Source: Verrucomicrobiota bacterium (GTDB lineage: Bacteria > Verrucomicrobiota > Verrucomicrobiia > Limisphaerales > UBA1319). Taken from it: a stretch of 64,000 nt of DNA. The position numbers and the translations under genes are program-made. The notes under the pieces are model-generated. The model searched no databases. It saw only the letters and a list, made by a program, of their open reading frames with translations, and was not told where the DNA came from. Of this stretch, positions 37,340 through 45,828 are shown one piece after another (the stretch's first letter is position 1; the number at the start of each line of letters is the position of its first letter). The stretch is from positions 36,626 to 100,625 of the forward strand of contig JAKLFB010000015.1 of assembly GCA_022711435.1 (NCBI GenBank), written 5' to 3'.

Positions 37340-38680
37340 ATGAAACGTATTCCTGGCACTTCGATTCGGACCCTGGCCTTGCTGGCAGCGGCGTCGGTCG
37401 CCTGCGGACTGGGCCAACCTCAGGCTGCCGAGCCCGTCCCACTCGAGCCCGTGGGCGACGGCTGCGGCATTCACCCCGGCCGCGTCGTCTGGGCGCATGA
37501 TCCGGATGCGACCGATTGGCGGGGGCCCGGCGACGGCCACTGGTGGGAGCATGCCCATACCCGGCAGGATCGAGTCGACGCGATGATGGCCCAGGCGGTC
37601 CAGGCCCTGAGCGGCGAAGCCACCACGGCCGCCAGCTGGGATCGGCTCTTCCGATATCAAAACCGCCGGAGCGGCGAGGGCGACGCCGGCTACCGGGCCG
37701 GGGAGAAGATCGCGATCAAGGTCAATTTTGTCGGGTTCATCGTCGGGGGTGGCGGCGTGGACCCGTCGACGTACTCGATCACGAAGAATCCCGATTACAT
37801 GAACACCGCCCCCCAGATGATCGTGGCGCTGCTGCGGCAGCTCGTGCGCGAGGCGGGCGTGGCCGAGGCCGACATTTCGGTGGGCGACACGCTGGCCCTG
37901 TTCCCCAACGAGTACTACGACATCATCCATCGCGAGTTCCCCGGCGTCCGCTGCGTCGATCAGGCGGGCCGGTTCGGACGCCACCGCGCCGCGCCTTCGA
38001 GCGTGCCGGTTTACTGGAGCGCGCGCCCGGCCGGCTGCGCCACGGACACTGTGCCCGACTGGTTCGCCGAGGCCAAATACATCGTGAACCTCGCCAACCT
38101 CAAGGCGCATCAGGGCACCGGGATCACGCTCTGCGCCAAGAACCATTTCGGCTCCCTGATCCGCACGCCGGTCCAGAAGGGATATTACGAGCTGCACAAG
38201 GCATCGTTCTCCGCCGGCGAAGGGATCTACCGGCCGCTGGTGGATCTCATGGGCCACCGGCACATCGGCGGAAAGACCGTGCTCTACCTCGTGGACGGGC
38301 TTTTTACCGCCATCCACCCGAAAGACCTCGAGCCGCGCAGGTGGTTGGCCCCGCCCTTCAACGGGGATTGGGCCTCGAGCCTGCTGGCGTCGCAGGACCC
38401 GGTCGCGATCGATTCGGTCGGGCTCGACTTTCTGCGGATCGAGTATGCCGAGGCGCGCAAGGCGGGCGTCGACGATTTCCTCCACGAGGCGGCCCGGGCG
38501 GACCGGCCGCCGTCGGGCACCTTCTACGATCCCGATCATGCAACGCCTCAACGGCGGCTCCCGAGCCTGGGCGTCCACGAGCACTGGAACAATCCCGTGG
38601 ACCGCCAATACTCGCGCAACCTGGGCCGCAAACAAGGCATCGAGCTGGTGGCCGTCCGACCCGCGGCGCCTCCGCGGTAG
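37340..38680 (+). CDS. DUF362-domain protein with a signal peptide
   Basis: Start MKRIPGTSIRTLALLAAASVACG. KIAIKVNFV, VNLANLKAHQGTGITLCAKNHFG, ASQDPVAIDSVGLDFL resemble the DUF362 family, from memory. Confidence 0.5.
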   Translation: MKRIPGTSIRTLALLAAASVACGLGQPQAAEPVPLEPVGDGCGIHPGRVVWAHDPDATDWRGPGDGHWWEHAHTRQDRVDAMMAQAVQALSGEATTAASWDRLFRYQNRRSGEGDAGYRAGEKIAIKVNFVGFIVGGGGVDPSTYSITKNPDYMNTAPQMIVALLRQLVREAGVAEADISVGDTLALFPNEYYDIIHREFPGVRCVDQAGRFGRHRAAPSSVPVYWSARPAGCATDTVPDWFAEAKYIVNLANLKAHQGTGITLCAKNHFGSLIRTPVQKGYYELHKASFSAGEGIYRPLVDLMGHRHIGGKTVLYLVDGLFTAIHPKDLEPRRWLAPPFNGDWASSLLASQDPVAIDSVGLDFLRIEYAEARKAGVDDFLHEAARADRPPSGTFYDPDHATPQRRLPSLGVHEHWNNPVDRQYSRNLGRKQGIELVAVRPAAPPR

Positions 38681-38874
38681 CCGCGCCCCATCGCCGCAGC
38701 CGCCAGATGGATCCGGCGCGTTCGTCGCGGCGCCGGGATCCGCCGGATCGAGCCTGCCCCGCAGGCCCGGCGGCGACAGCGATGCCGGCCTCGAGGCTTC
38801 GCAAAAACAGGGAAAAACATCTTTGGCCCCAGCCCGGACATGGCTTAGGATGACGCGCGATATCCTGGCAAAGC

Positions 38875-39699
38875 ATGCCGGCCACAAGGTTCAATCCATT
38901 GCCCGGGTTCGGGCTGACGATGGGCTACACGCTGGTGTATGTCGGCGTGATCGTGGTGCTGCCGCTGGCCGCGCTGCTGGTGCGCACGCTCGATCTGACT
39001 CCGGCCGATTTCTGGAGGCTGGCCACGGATCCGCGGGCGATGGCGTCGTATCGCCTGACGTTCGGCGCGTCCCTGGCGGCGGCCGGGGTGAACGCGCTGT
39101 TCGGGACGCTGCTCGCTTGGGTTCTGGCGCGGTATCGCTTTCCGGGGCGCGGGCTGGTGGATGCGCTGGTGGATTTCCCCTTCGCGCTGCCGACGGCGGT
39201 GGCGGGCTTGACCCTGGCGGACCTGTTTGCGGCCGAGGGATGGCTGGGGCGCGGGCTGGCGATGGCGGGGATCCAGGTGGCGTTCACCCCGCTGGGGGTG
39301 ATGGTGGCCCTGACGTTCGTGGGGCTGCCGTTCGTGGTGCGCACGCTGCAGCCGGTGATCGAGGGTTTCGACCGCGAGCTCGAGGAGGCGGCGGCCACGC
39401 TCGGGGCCGGCCGCTGGCGGACGTTTCGGAGCGTCGTGGCGCCCACCCTGCTGCCGGCGGTGCTGACCGGCTTCGCGCTGGCGCTGGCCCGGGCCATCGG
39501 CGAATACGGCTCCGTGATCTTCATCGCGGGCAACAAGCCGTTCGTGTCGGAAATCGCCCCGCTGCTGATCGTGATCCGGCTCGAGGAATACGATTATGCC
39601 GGAGCGATGGCGCTGGCGGTGGTTCTGCTGGCGATTTCCTTTCTCCTGCTGATCACGATCAACCTGCTCGAACGCTGGTCGAGCCGGTTTCGGCGCTGA
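38875..39699 (+). CDS. cysT: Sulfate/thiosulfate ABC transporter permease CysT
   Basis: VDALVDFPFALPTAVAGLTL and EAAATLGAGRWRTF motifs. Followed by cysW and cysA. Confidence 0.85.
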   Translation: MPATRFNPLPGFGLTMGYTLVYVGVIVVLPLAALLVRTLDLTPADFWRLATDPRAMASYRLTFGASLAAAGVNALFGTLLAWVLARYRFPGRGLVDALVDFPFALPTAVAGLTLADLFAAEGWLGRGLAMAGIQVAFTPLGVMVALTFVGLPFVVRTLQPVIEGFDRELEEAAATLGAGRWRTFRSVVAPTLLPAVLTGFALALARAIGEYGSVIFIAGNKPFVSEIAPLLIVIRLEEYDYAGAMALAVVLLAISFLLLITINLLERWSSRFRR

Positions 39700-39702
39700 A
39701 TC

Positions 39703-40617
39703 ATGAGCCGGACCATCCCCATTCATCTGGATTCGGCCGGACGCGGGCCGGGGCCGGCGGCTGCGGGATCCCCGGCGGTCCGGCGGATGCTCATCGGTCT
39801 GGCCTTGGGATTTGCGGCGGTGTTCCTGGTGCTGCCGCTGGCCAACGTGCTGGTGAAGGCCCTGGGCAAGGGCGTGAGCTATTATCAGACAACCCTGAGC
39901 GATCCGGACATGCGGGCCGCGATCCGGCTGACCCTGGCGGTGGCGGTCATCACCGTGCCGCTGAACCTGGTGTTCGGGCTGGCGGCGGCCTGGGCGATCG
40001 GCAAGCATTCCTTTCGCGGAAAATCCCTCCTGATCACCCTGATCGACCTGCCCTTCTCGGTCTCGCCCGTGGTGGCGGGGCTGGTGCTGGTGGTGCTGTT
40101 TGGCGCCCAGGGATACCTGGGGCCATGGCTCGACCGGCATGACATCCGGATCATCTTCAACCTGCCGGGCATCGTCATGGCCACGGTGTTCGTGACCGTC
40201 CCGTTCATCGCCCGGGAGCTGATTCCCCTGATGCAGGCGTCCGGCAACGAGCAGGAAGAAGCCGCGCTGACGCTCGGCGCGAGCGGCTGGCGGACGTTCT
40301 GGCACGTCACCCTGCCCTCGGTCCGATGGGGGCTGCTCTACGGCGTCATCCTCTGCAACGCCCGCGCCATGGGCGAGTTCGGCGCCGTGTCGGTTGTGTC
40401 CGGCCACATTGCGGGGCTGACCGACACCCTGCCGCTTCAGGTGGAGAAGCTCTACCACGAATACAACCAGACCGGCGCCTTTGCCGCAGCCAGCCTGCTG
40501 GCGATGCTGGCCCTGGTCACCCTGGGATTCAAGGCGCTGCTCGAATGGCGCATCCGGCGCCGATACGAGCGCGGGCAGCGGGCCGCGCCATCCGGCCGCA
40601 TGGAGGCGGGCGCATGA
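39703..40617 (+). CDS. cysW: Sulfate/thiosulfate ABC transporter permease CysW
   Basis: LIDLPFSVSPVVAGLVLVVLFG, EEAALTLGASGWRTFWHVTLP. ATGA overlap with cysA. Confidence 0.85.
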   Translation: MSRTIPIHLDSAGRGPGPAAAGSPAVRRMLIGLALGFAAVFLVLPLANVLVKALGKGVSYYQTTLSDPDMRAAIRLTLAVAVITVPLNLVFGLAAAWAIGKHSFRGKSLLITLIDLPFSVSPVVAGLVLVVLFGAQGYLGPWLDRHDIRIIFNLPGIVMATVFVTVPFIARELIPLMQASGNEQEEAALTLGASGWRTFWHVTLPSVRWGLLYGVILCNARAMGEFGAVSVVSGHIAGLTDTLPLQVEKLYHEYNQTGAFAAASLLAMLALVTLGFKALLEWRIRRRYERGQRAAPSGRMEAGA

Positions 40618-41684
40618 GCATCGAGCTTCACCAGGTGAGCAAGGAGTTTGGCGGCGTGGCTGCCGTCCGCGGCGTCTCGTTCCGGGTGAACGACGGCGAG
40701 CTGGTGGCGCTGCTCGGCCCGAGCGGCGGCGGCAAGACGACCGTGCTGCGGATGATCGCGGGCCTCGAGGCGCCGACTGCGGGCGACATCTACATCCGCG
40801 GACAGCGCGTCAACGATCTCTCGGTCCAGAAACGCAACATCGGCTTCGTGTTCCAGAACTACGCGCTGTTCGGGAGCATGACGGTTCTGAAGAACATCGC
40901 CTTCGGCCTGAAGATCAAGCGATGGGGCCGGCGGCGGCGCGCCGAGCGGGTGGCCGAGCTGCTCGAGCTGCTCGATCTCTGCGGGCTCGAGAACCGCTAT
41001 CCGCACCAGCTCTCCGGCGGCCAACGCCAGCGGGTCGCCATCGCGCGGGCCCTGGCGCCCCAGCCCTCCGTGCTCCTGCTCGACGAGCCCTTCGGCGCCG
41101 TGGACGCCAAGATCCGCCAGGAGCTCCGCGAATGGCTCGTCCGGCTCCATTCCCAGCTCAATGTCACCACCTTGTTCGTGACCCATGACCAGGAGGAGGC
41201 CATGGAGGTCGCCCACCGGATCATCATCTTTTCGACCGGGCGCCTCGAGCAGATGGGGCCCCCGCGCGAGGTCTACGACCAGCCCGCCAACGAGTTCGTC
41301 GCCCGGTTCATCGGGGTCATGAACGTGTTCGAATCCGAGGTCCGCGGCGGCGTGGCTCGGGCCGGCGAGCTCGAGTTCCCGGCGCCGGGCCGGCCGGACG
41401 GCGACCGCTTGCGGCTGGGCTTCCGCCCTTACGCGGTCCAGATCTCGGCCGATCCGGCCGCGTATCGATATCCGGCGATCCTGCGCCACGCCTTCTTTCT
41501 GGGGGTCGTGATGCGGCTCGAGCTCGAGATGCCGTCGGGCCTCGCCGTCCGGGCCCGGATCACGAAGGAGGAATACACGCAGCTCGGCCTGGCGGAAGAC
41601 GCGCCGGTGTCGTTCCAGATTCGCCAGTTCAGGGTGTTCAGCCGGGACGATGCCGCGCCGGCCGCCGAGACCGCCGTTTCGTGA
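40614..41684 (+). CDS. cysA: Sulfate/thiosulfate import ATP-binding protein CysA
   Basis: Start MSIELHQVSKEFGG at 40614. GPSGGGKTT, LSGGQRQRVAIARAL, LLLDEPFGALD-type Walker B (LLLDEPFGAVD). C-terminal TOBE-like tail. Confidence 0.9.
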   Translation: MSIELHQVSKEFGGVAAVRGVSFRVNDGELVALLGPSGGGKTTVLRMIAGLEAPTAGDIYIRGQRVNDLSVQKRNIGFVFQNYALFGSMTVLKNIAFGLKIKRWGRRRRAERVAELLELLDLCGLENRYPHQLSGGQRQRVAIARALAPQPSVLLLDEPFGAVDAKIRQELREWLVRLHSQLNVTTLFVTHDQEEAMEVAHRIIIFSTGRLEQMGPPREVYDQPANEFVARFIGVMNVFESEVRGGVARAGELEFPAPGRPDGDRLRLGFRPYAVQISADPAAYRYPAILRHAFFLGVVMRLELEMPSGLAVRARITKEEYTQLGLAEDAPVSFQIRQFRVFSRDDAAPAAETAVS

Positions 41685-41690
41685 AAATCA

Positions 41691-41719
41691 ATGGGGTCGC
41701 ATCTAAATATTTGACATAT
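41691..41719. repeat. Copy B (inverted orientation) of the 27-bp motif; left boundary of the AT-richer islet
   Basis: atggggtcgcatctaaatatttgacatat is the reverse complement of atatgtcaaatatttagatgcgaccccat. It starts 7 nt after the cysA stop. Confidence 0.75.
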
Positions 41720-41848
41720 CGGACGCGCAGCGATTGCGCCGCGCCTCCGTTTCATGCCCTCCGCCTCCTGTGTCACATATGTCAATAGTTGATTCTGCTG
41801 AAGAACCGTTCTGGCTATTATTTCGGTTTTCGAGTGGGGGGCAGGGCT

Positions 41849-42369
41849 TCAAGGCGCAACAAGCGCAAGTCCGACCGGCCGATCAGTTGCCAAATTTTCA
41901 CCCCTCCGATAGGCCCCAGTGCCGTTGACCGTCACCGCGCCGTCGCCGTGCCGATCCCCAAAACATCCACATAACCGGGCACTGCTCGGTTTGTGTACTT
42001 GTCGAATGACAGCGGCCATTGGTCCGCCCCAGCCGGGATCGAGCTGATCCCCGTCAGCCGGTTGAACCGGTCATATGAGCGTGCTGTCGTCATCCGGATC
42101 GCTGTGTTTTGCCTGACCGCATTCTGCATAATCAGCAACCAATCCGCAAGATCCTTGTGCGTAGTCCCGCTCGTACCATCGCTCAAAGACGCCACGTCCA
42201 AGAAAGTGTCGAATGCAAGATCTACAATAAACACCTGTTCATTTGTCAATGGATAGGACGGCGGTTGTGCGCGCTGAAACAGGCAAAACTGGCCTGGTGG
42301 GCGGACTTGCGGAATTGGGGGGGGGTGGTCGCGACCACTGCCTGCCGATAGGACACGTCCATATGTCAA
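41849..42369 (-). pseudogene. Frameshifted, truncated RHS-family gene fragment
   Basis: ORF 41932..42369 (TTG start) ends ...ARSYDRFNRLTGISSIPAGADQWPLSFDKYTNRAVPGYVDVLGIGTATAR-stop. Shifting one frame continues AVTVNGTGAYRRGENL... to a TGA at 41849. Joined, this gives the VPGxVDVxG...VTVNGxxAYRxGE pattern, paralleled in the intact RHS gene by VSVRGLAALGLPVWVNGQMADRQGEYF. A G9 run at 42317-42325 lies inside the fragment. Confidence 0.55.
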
Positions 42370-42389
42370 CTATTTAGATGCGACCCCAT
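42361..42389. repeat. Copy C of the 27-bp motif; right boundary of the islet, forming an inverted pair with copy B
   Basis: atatgtcaactatttagatgcgaccccat has 1 mismatch to copy B read inward. A shorter relative, atatgtcaatagtt, lies at 41777-41790. Confidence 0.75.
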
Positions 42390-42399
42390 CGTTTTCCAT

Positions 42400-42588
42400 C
42401 TCGACCGACCGAGCCGCGAAGCAGATGGCCCGGCGCCGCCCCGCCCCTGCGGGCTGGGGGCCTTGGGCGGCCTGGCTGTGTTGCTCCTCGCTCACAGACC
42501 GCGCGGGTATGCTCGCTCGTTGCGCCTTGCCAGGCCGCCCAATCTCCTCCAGCAAAATCGGAATTCATTTTTGCACAGACCCTTAAGG
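42400..42588. mobile_element. Partial (right-half) copy of the 14408..14692 MITE-like element, abutting motif copy C
   Basis: 42400-42581 aligns with 14503-14685 (ctcgaccgaccgagcc...ttgcacagacc) with few substitutions. It ends with the same TIR and a cttaag flank. The left TIR is absent. Confidence 0.7.
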
Positions 42589-42743
42589 CCGCCGGGGTTC
42601 GCGGGCCGATGGGACGCCAGGGATTGGGCCAGCCGGGGGGGGCAGGGGTGCAGCGCCCGGGGCGTCCAGGCCCTGAATTCCTGCCTCGGCAGGCCCGATG
42701 GAATCCCATTGTCATCCTGGGGCCGTCGCGCATTATGGTGGGC

Positions 42744-44201
42744 ATGAAAACCGCACGATGGATGAGGTTGTGCATCGGGGCGCTGTGCTGCCTGGACCTG
42801 TCGGCGCTCGGCGCGGGCGACACCGAGGGCTGGATCCCCTTGTTTGATGGCCAGACGCTCGATGGCTGGAAAGCGAGCGAAAACCCGGGCGGGTTCCAGG
42901 TCGCCAACGGCACGATTACGTTCGACGGGGCGCGGTCGCATCTGTTCTACGTCGGCAAGGTCCAAGGCGCGGATTTTAAGAACTTCGAGCTGAAGGCCGA
43001 CGTGCGCACGGGACCGGGGGCCAACTCGGGGATCTTCTTCCACACCGCCTATCAGGAGGCGGGGTTCCCGGTGAAGGGCTTCGAGGCGCAGGTGGCCAAC
43101 ACGCACGTGGGGGCGGGCGGCTACATCGAGAGAAAAAAGACGGGCAGCCTCTACGGGATCCGCAACCTCTACAAGGCAATCGTCCAGGACAACGAGTGGT
43201 TCACGATGCACATCTGCGTACGCAATCGGCACGTCCAGATCCGGGTCAACGATTTCCTGGCAGTGGATTACATCGAGCCCGAGAACCCGCTCCTCGATGT
43301 CCGGCGACCCGGGCGCCGGATCTCGCGCGGGACGTTCGCCCTGCAGGGGCACGATCCGGACAGCAAGGTGTCCTTCAGGAACATCCGCGTGAAGCCGCTC
43401 CCGGACGAGCTGCCGTTCGATTCGATCGCGCCTGCGCCGTTTGACAAGGTCGATCAGCAGATCGTCAAGCTGGGAACCGCGAACTATCCGCTGGTCGATT
43501 TCCACACGCACCTCAAAGGCGGATTGACGCTCGAAGGCGTATTCGAGCATATGCGCCGGACGGGGATCAATCACGGGATTGCTGTCAATTGCGGTCTGGG
43601 CTTCGCGATCACCAACGATGCCGGGATCGAGAGCTTTCTGGGATCCATGGCGGGAAAGCCGGTGTTTGTGGGGATGCAGGCCGAGGGCCGCGAATGGCCT
43701 CAGCTGTTCTCGAAAGCCGCCATCCACCGATTCGACTATGTGTTCACTGACAGCATGACCATCTTCGATCCCCGGGGCAAGCGCATGCGGCTCTGGATCC
43801 GGGAAGAGGTCGAGGTGCAGGACAAGCAGGCGTTCATGGATCACCTGGCCGATACCACCGCGAAGATTCTCGAGGAGGAACCGATCGACATCTACGTGAA
43901 TCCGACCTTTTTGCCGGACGCGATCGCATCGGAATACGACGTCCTCTGGACGCCGGCTCGGATGCAGCGGGTGATCGGGGCCGCCCAGAGAGGCGGAGTG
44001 GCGATCGAGATCAACAGCCGATACCGGCTGCCCAGCGCCGAGTTCATCCGGCGGGCGAAGGCGGCCGGGCTCAAGTTTACCCTGGGCGTCAACAACGTCG
44101 ATGCCGATCTGGGCCGGTCGGAATACGGCCTCGAAATGATCGCCGCCTGCGGCCTGCAATCCAAGGATTTCTGGATGCCAAAGGCCCGAAGTTCGCCTTG
44201 A
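42744..44201 (+). CDS. Secreted two-domain protein: DUF1080 (3-keto-disaccharide hydrolase-like, LamG fold) fused to a PHP/amidohydrolase-like metal-dependent hydrolase domain
   Basis: Start MKTARWMRLCIGALCCLDLSALG. DUF1080 pattern WIPLFDGQTLDGWK...FELKADVR...NSGIFFH...GTFALQGHDPDSKVSFRNIRVKPL. Second half has VDFHTHLKGG and IEINSRY motifs. Confidence 0.6.
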   Translation: MKTARWMRLCIGALCCLDLSALGAGDTEGWIPLFDGQTLDGWKASENPGGFQVANGTITFDGARSHLFYVGKVQGADFKNFELKADVRTGPGANSGIFFHTAYQEAGFPVKGFEAQVANTHVGAGGYIERKKTGSLYGIRNLYKAIVQDNEWFTMHICVRNRHVQIRVNDFLAVDYIEPENPLLDVRRPGRRISRGTFALQGHDPDSKVSFRNIRVKPLPDELPFDSIAPAPFDKVDQQIVKLGTANYPLVDFHTHLKGGLTLEGVFEHMRRTGINHGIAVNCGLGFAITNDAGIESFLGSMAGKPVFVGMQAEGREWPQLFSKAAIHRFDYVFTDSMTIFDPRGKRMRLWIREEVEVQDKQAFMDHLADTTAKILEEEPIDIYVNPTFLPDAIASEYDVLWTPARMQRVIGAAQRGGVAIEINSRYRLPSAEFIRRAKAAGLKFTLGVNNVDADLGRSEYGLEMIAACGLQSKDFWMPKARSSP

Positions 44202-44386
44202 CGATCGATTTCCATAGGATTAGCCTCAGCGAAAGTAAACCGTGAGGTGGCTGCTACAGAGAGCGTCATATTTCGACAACACCGGGTTGGGGGACCCAAC
44301 CGGGAGAATCGTGTTGGCCGCGTGCTCTTGCGCGGCGAGGTTTGCGATGTTGCATAGGGTCACCGAACAGCTATAGGAGATCTGTT

Positions 44387-45091
44387 ATGAAATTAGCTGG
44401 TGTGGGATTCGCCATATCTCTTGGTGCGCTCCTGAGCGCTCAGGCGGGCACCGTCACGTTCAGCGGCCGCGATTGGTCGACCTTCGAGACGACGCATCGC
44501 GACAATTCAGCCATCCCCGCGCTGTATACCGGGGAAGGGAACACGGGGACCATCCGCGGCGTGTTTGGAAGAGATCCTTCCATCATCACCCCGGTCTCGC
44601 TGAGCGTGGGCGACGTAGTCTCCTTTGACCTGTATTGCACCAAGGACGCGATCGACCTGGTTGGCGACGGCAATTCCGACTGGGTGGGCGATTTCAACGC
44701 TGAATTCGTTCAGCAGAGCGTCAATCCGGCGGATGGCTCGTATAGCCGGCTGACGGGCCGGATGATCTGGTACAATGACAGCGCGACCCTCAACCAGAAC
44801 GGCGGGGACGGCGGCAGCGTGGCCGCCAGCCATGTCGACGGCGTCCATTTCGATTGGACCATCGATGCCCCCAATCACTACACGGTGCAGGCTTCGACCA
44901 TCGCCGGTGCGCCGCTTCAGGCGTTCACGGGCAGCATCGCGGACCTCTCGAGCATCGGCGGCTTCAGGGTTGGCCTGTGGGATTCCGAGCAGACCGCAAT
45001 GATCAAGAACTTCACCATCGTTCCCGAGCCGTCGAGCCTGATCCTCCTCGTCAGCGGCCTGGCGTTGGCAGGTTTCTTGCGGCGGCGCTAG
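44387..45091 (+). CDS. PEP-CTERM sorting-domain protein
   Basis: AGGAGA 7 nt upstream of ATG 44387. Signal MKLAGVGFAISLGALLSAQA. C-terminus VPEPSSLILLVSGLALAGFLRRR. Confidence 0.85.
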   Translation: MKLAGVGFAISLGALLSAQAGTVTFSGRDWSTFETTHRDNSAIPALYTGEGNTGTIRGVFGRDPSIITPVSLSVGDVVSFDLYCTKDAIDLVGDGNSDWVGDFNAEFVQQSVNPADGSYSRLTGRMIWYNDSATLNQNGGDGGSVAASHVDGVHFDWTIDAPNHYTVQASTIAGAPLQAFTGSIADLSSIGGFRVGLWDSEQTAMIKNFTIVPEPSSLILLVSGLALAGFLRRR

Positions 45092-45158
45092 AATCCTCGG
45101 CATTCGGTTCCGTTTACGCCGGTCTTTGCCACCCGCGGGCTGGCCGGCTTCGTTCAGG

Positions 45159-45611
45159 ATGAAATTCATGCTTGTCATCGCGGCACTGCTGCTCGCGGCC
45201 GGCTGCACGACCGTGCATCGGCTGGACAGCACGAAATGCCAAGTCATTCCCGTTCCCCAGGGATTGCAGAATCCCTCCGTGTGCGAAAGCATGCGGGAGC
45301 AGATTGCGCGCGGAGAATCGGTCATCCTCAAGGTGGCCGAAGGAGAGCGGATGCCGCTCAAGCTGGCGGTCGATCTGCCGATGAGCACGCTCGAGGAAGC
45401 CGAAAACACCTTTGCGTTCAAGCACGACACGTATTTCCTTCTTGCCAAGAACAAATTTTGTCTTAGCCCCGATGGCCAGCGCTGGGCGAACGTTTCGAGC
45501 CCGAAATCTGTGGCGAAGCTGTTCGGCGCCAAGCACGGCGAGGTTTCGTTTGGGTTCACTTCGAAGACCAACGAGCCGCCGTACATGAGCATCGAGGTCA
45601 AAACGAGATGA
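45159..45611 (+). CDS. Small lipoprotein, function unknown
   Basis: MKFMLVIAALLLAAGC lipobox at the preferred start 45159 (the longest ORF starts at 45126). Confidence 0.6.
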   Translation: MKFMLVIAALLLAAGCTTVHRLDSTKCQVIPVPQGLQNPSVCESMREQIARGESVILKVAEGERMPLKLAVDLPMSTLEEAENTFAFKHDTYFLLAKNKFCLSPDGQRWANVSSPKSVAKLFGAKHGEVSFGFTSKTNEPPYMSIEVKTR

Positions 45612-45828
45612 ATGGCCCGCCTCGCGCGGCGCGCATTGGCACCATGCTCTCGATCATGCGCTTCCGATCCGATCGCTGGTAGCACCAGCGCCCGCTGTGG
45701 ACGCCGCCAGCCTGCCCTCGCCTCTCCACAACATTTTCCGTCGTCCCGCAGCCTTGCCGAAGCAATCCCCCCCCTATTTTGTGCCCTATTGCCACAACAG
45801 CATCCGGCCTGTATTATTGAAGTTGCCC

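Noticed and set aside
37148-40458. Minus-strand ORFs 37148..38887 and 38845..40458
   Set aside because: They are antisense to the DUF362 and cysT/cysW genes. They are Arg/Pro/Gly-rich and cross plus-strand gene boundaries.
41734-41928. 64-aa plus-strand ORF inside the AT-richer islet
   Set aside because: It has no ribosome-binding context or recognisable features and overlaps the RHS-fragment frames on the opposite strand. It is most likely fortuitous.
44270-44310. Short hairpin GGTTGGG-gga-CCCAACC downstream of the DUF1080-PHP gene as a terminator
   Set aside because: It has only a 7-bp stem with a 3-nt loop and no following T-run. This is too weak to call.
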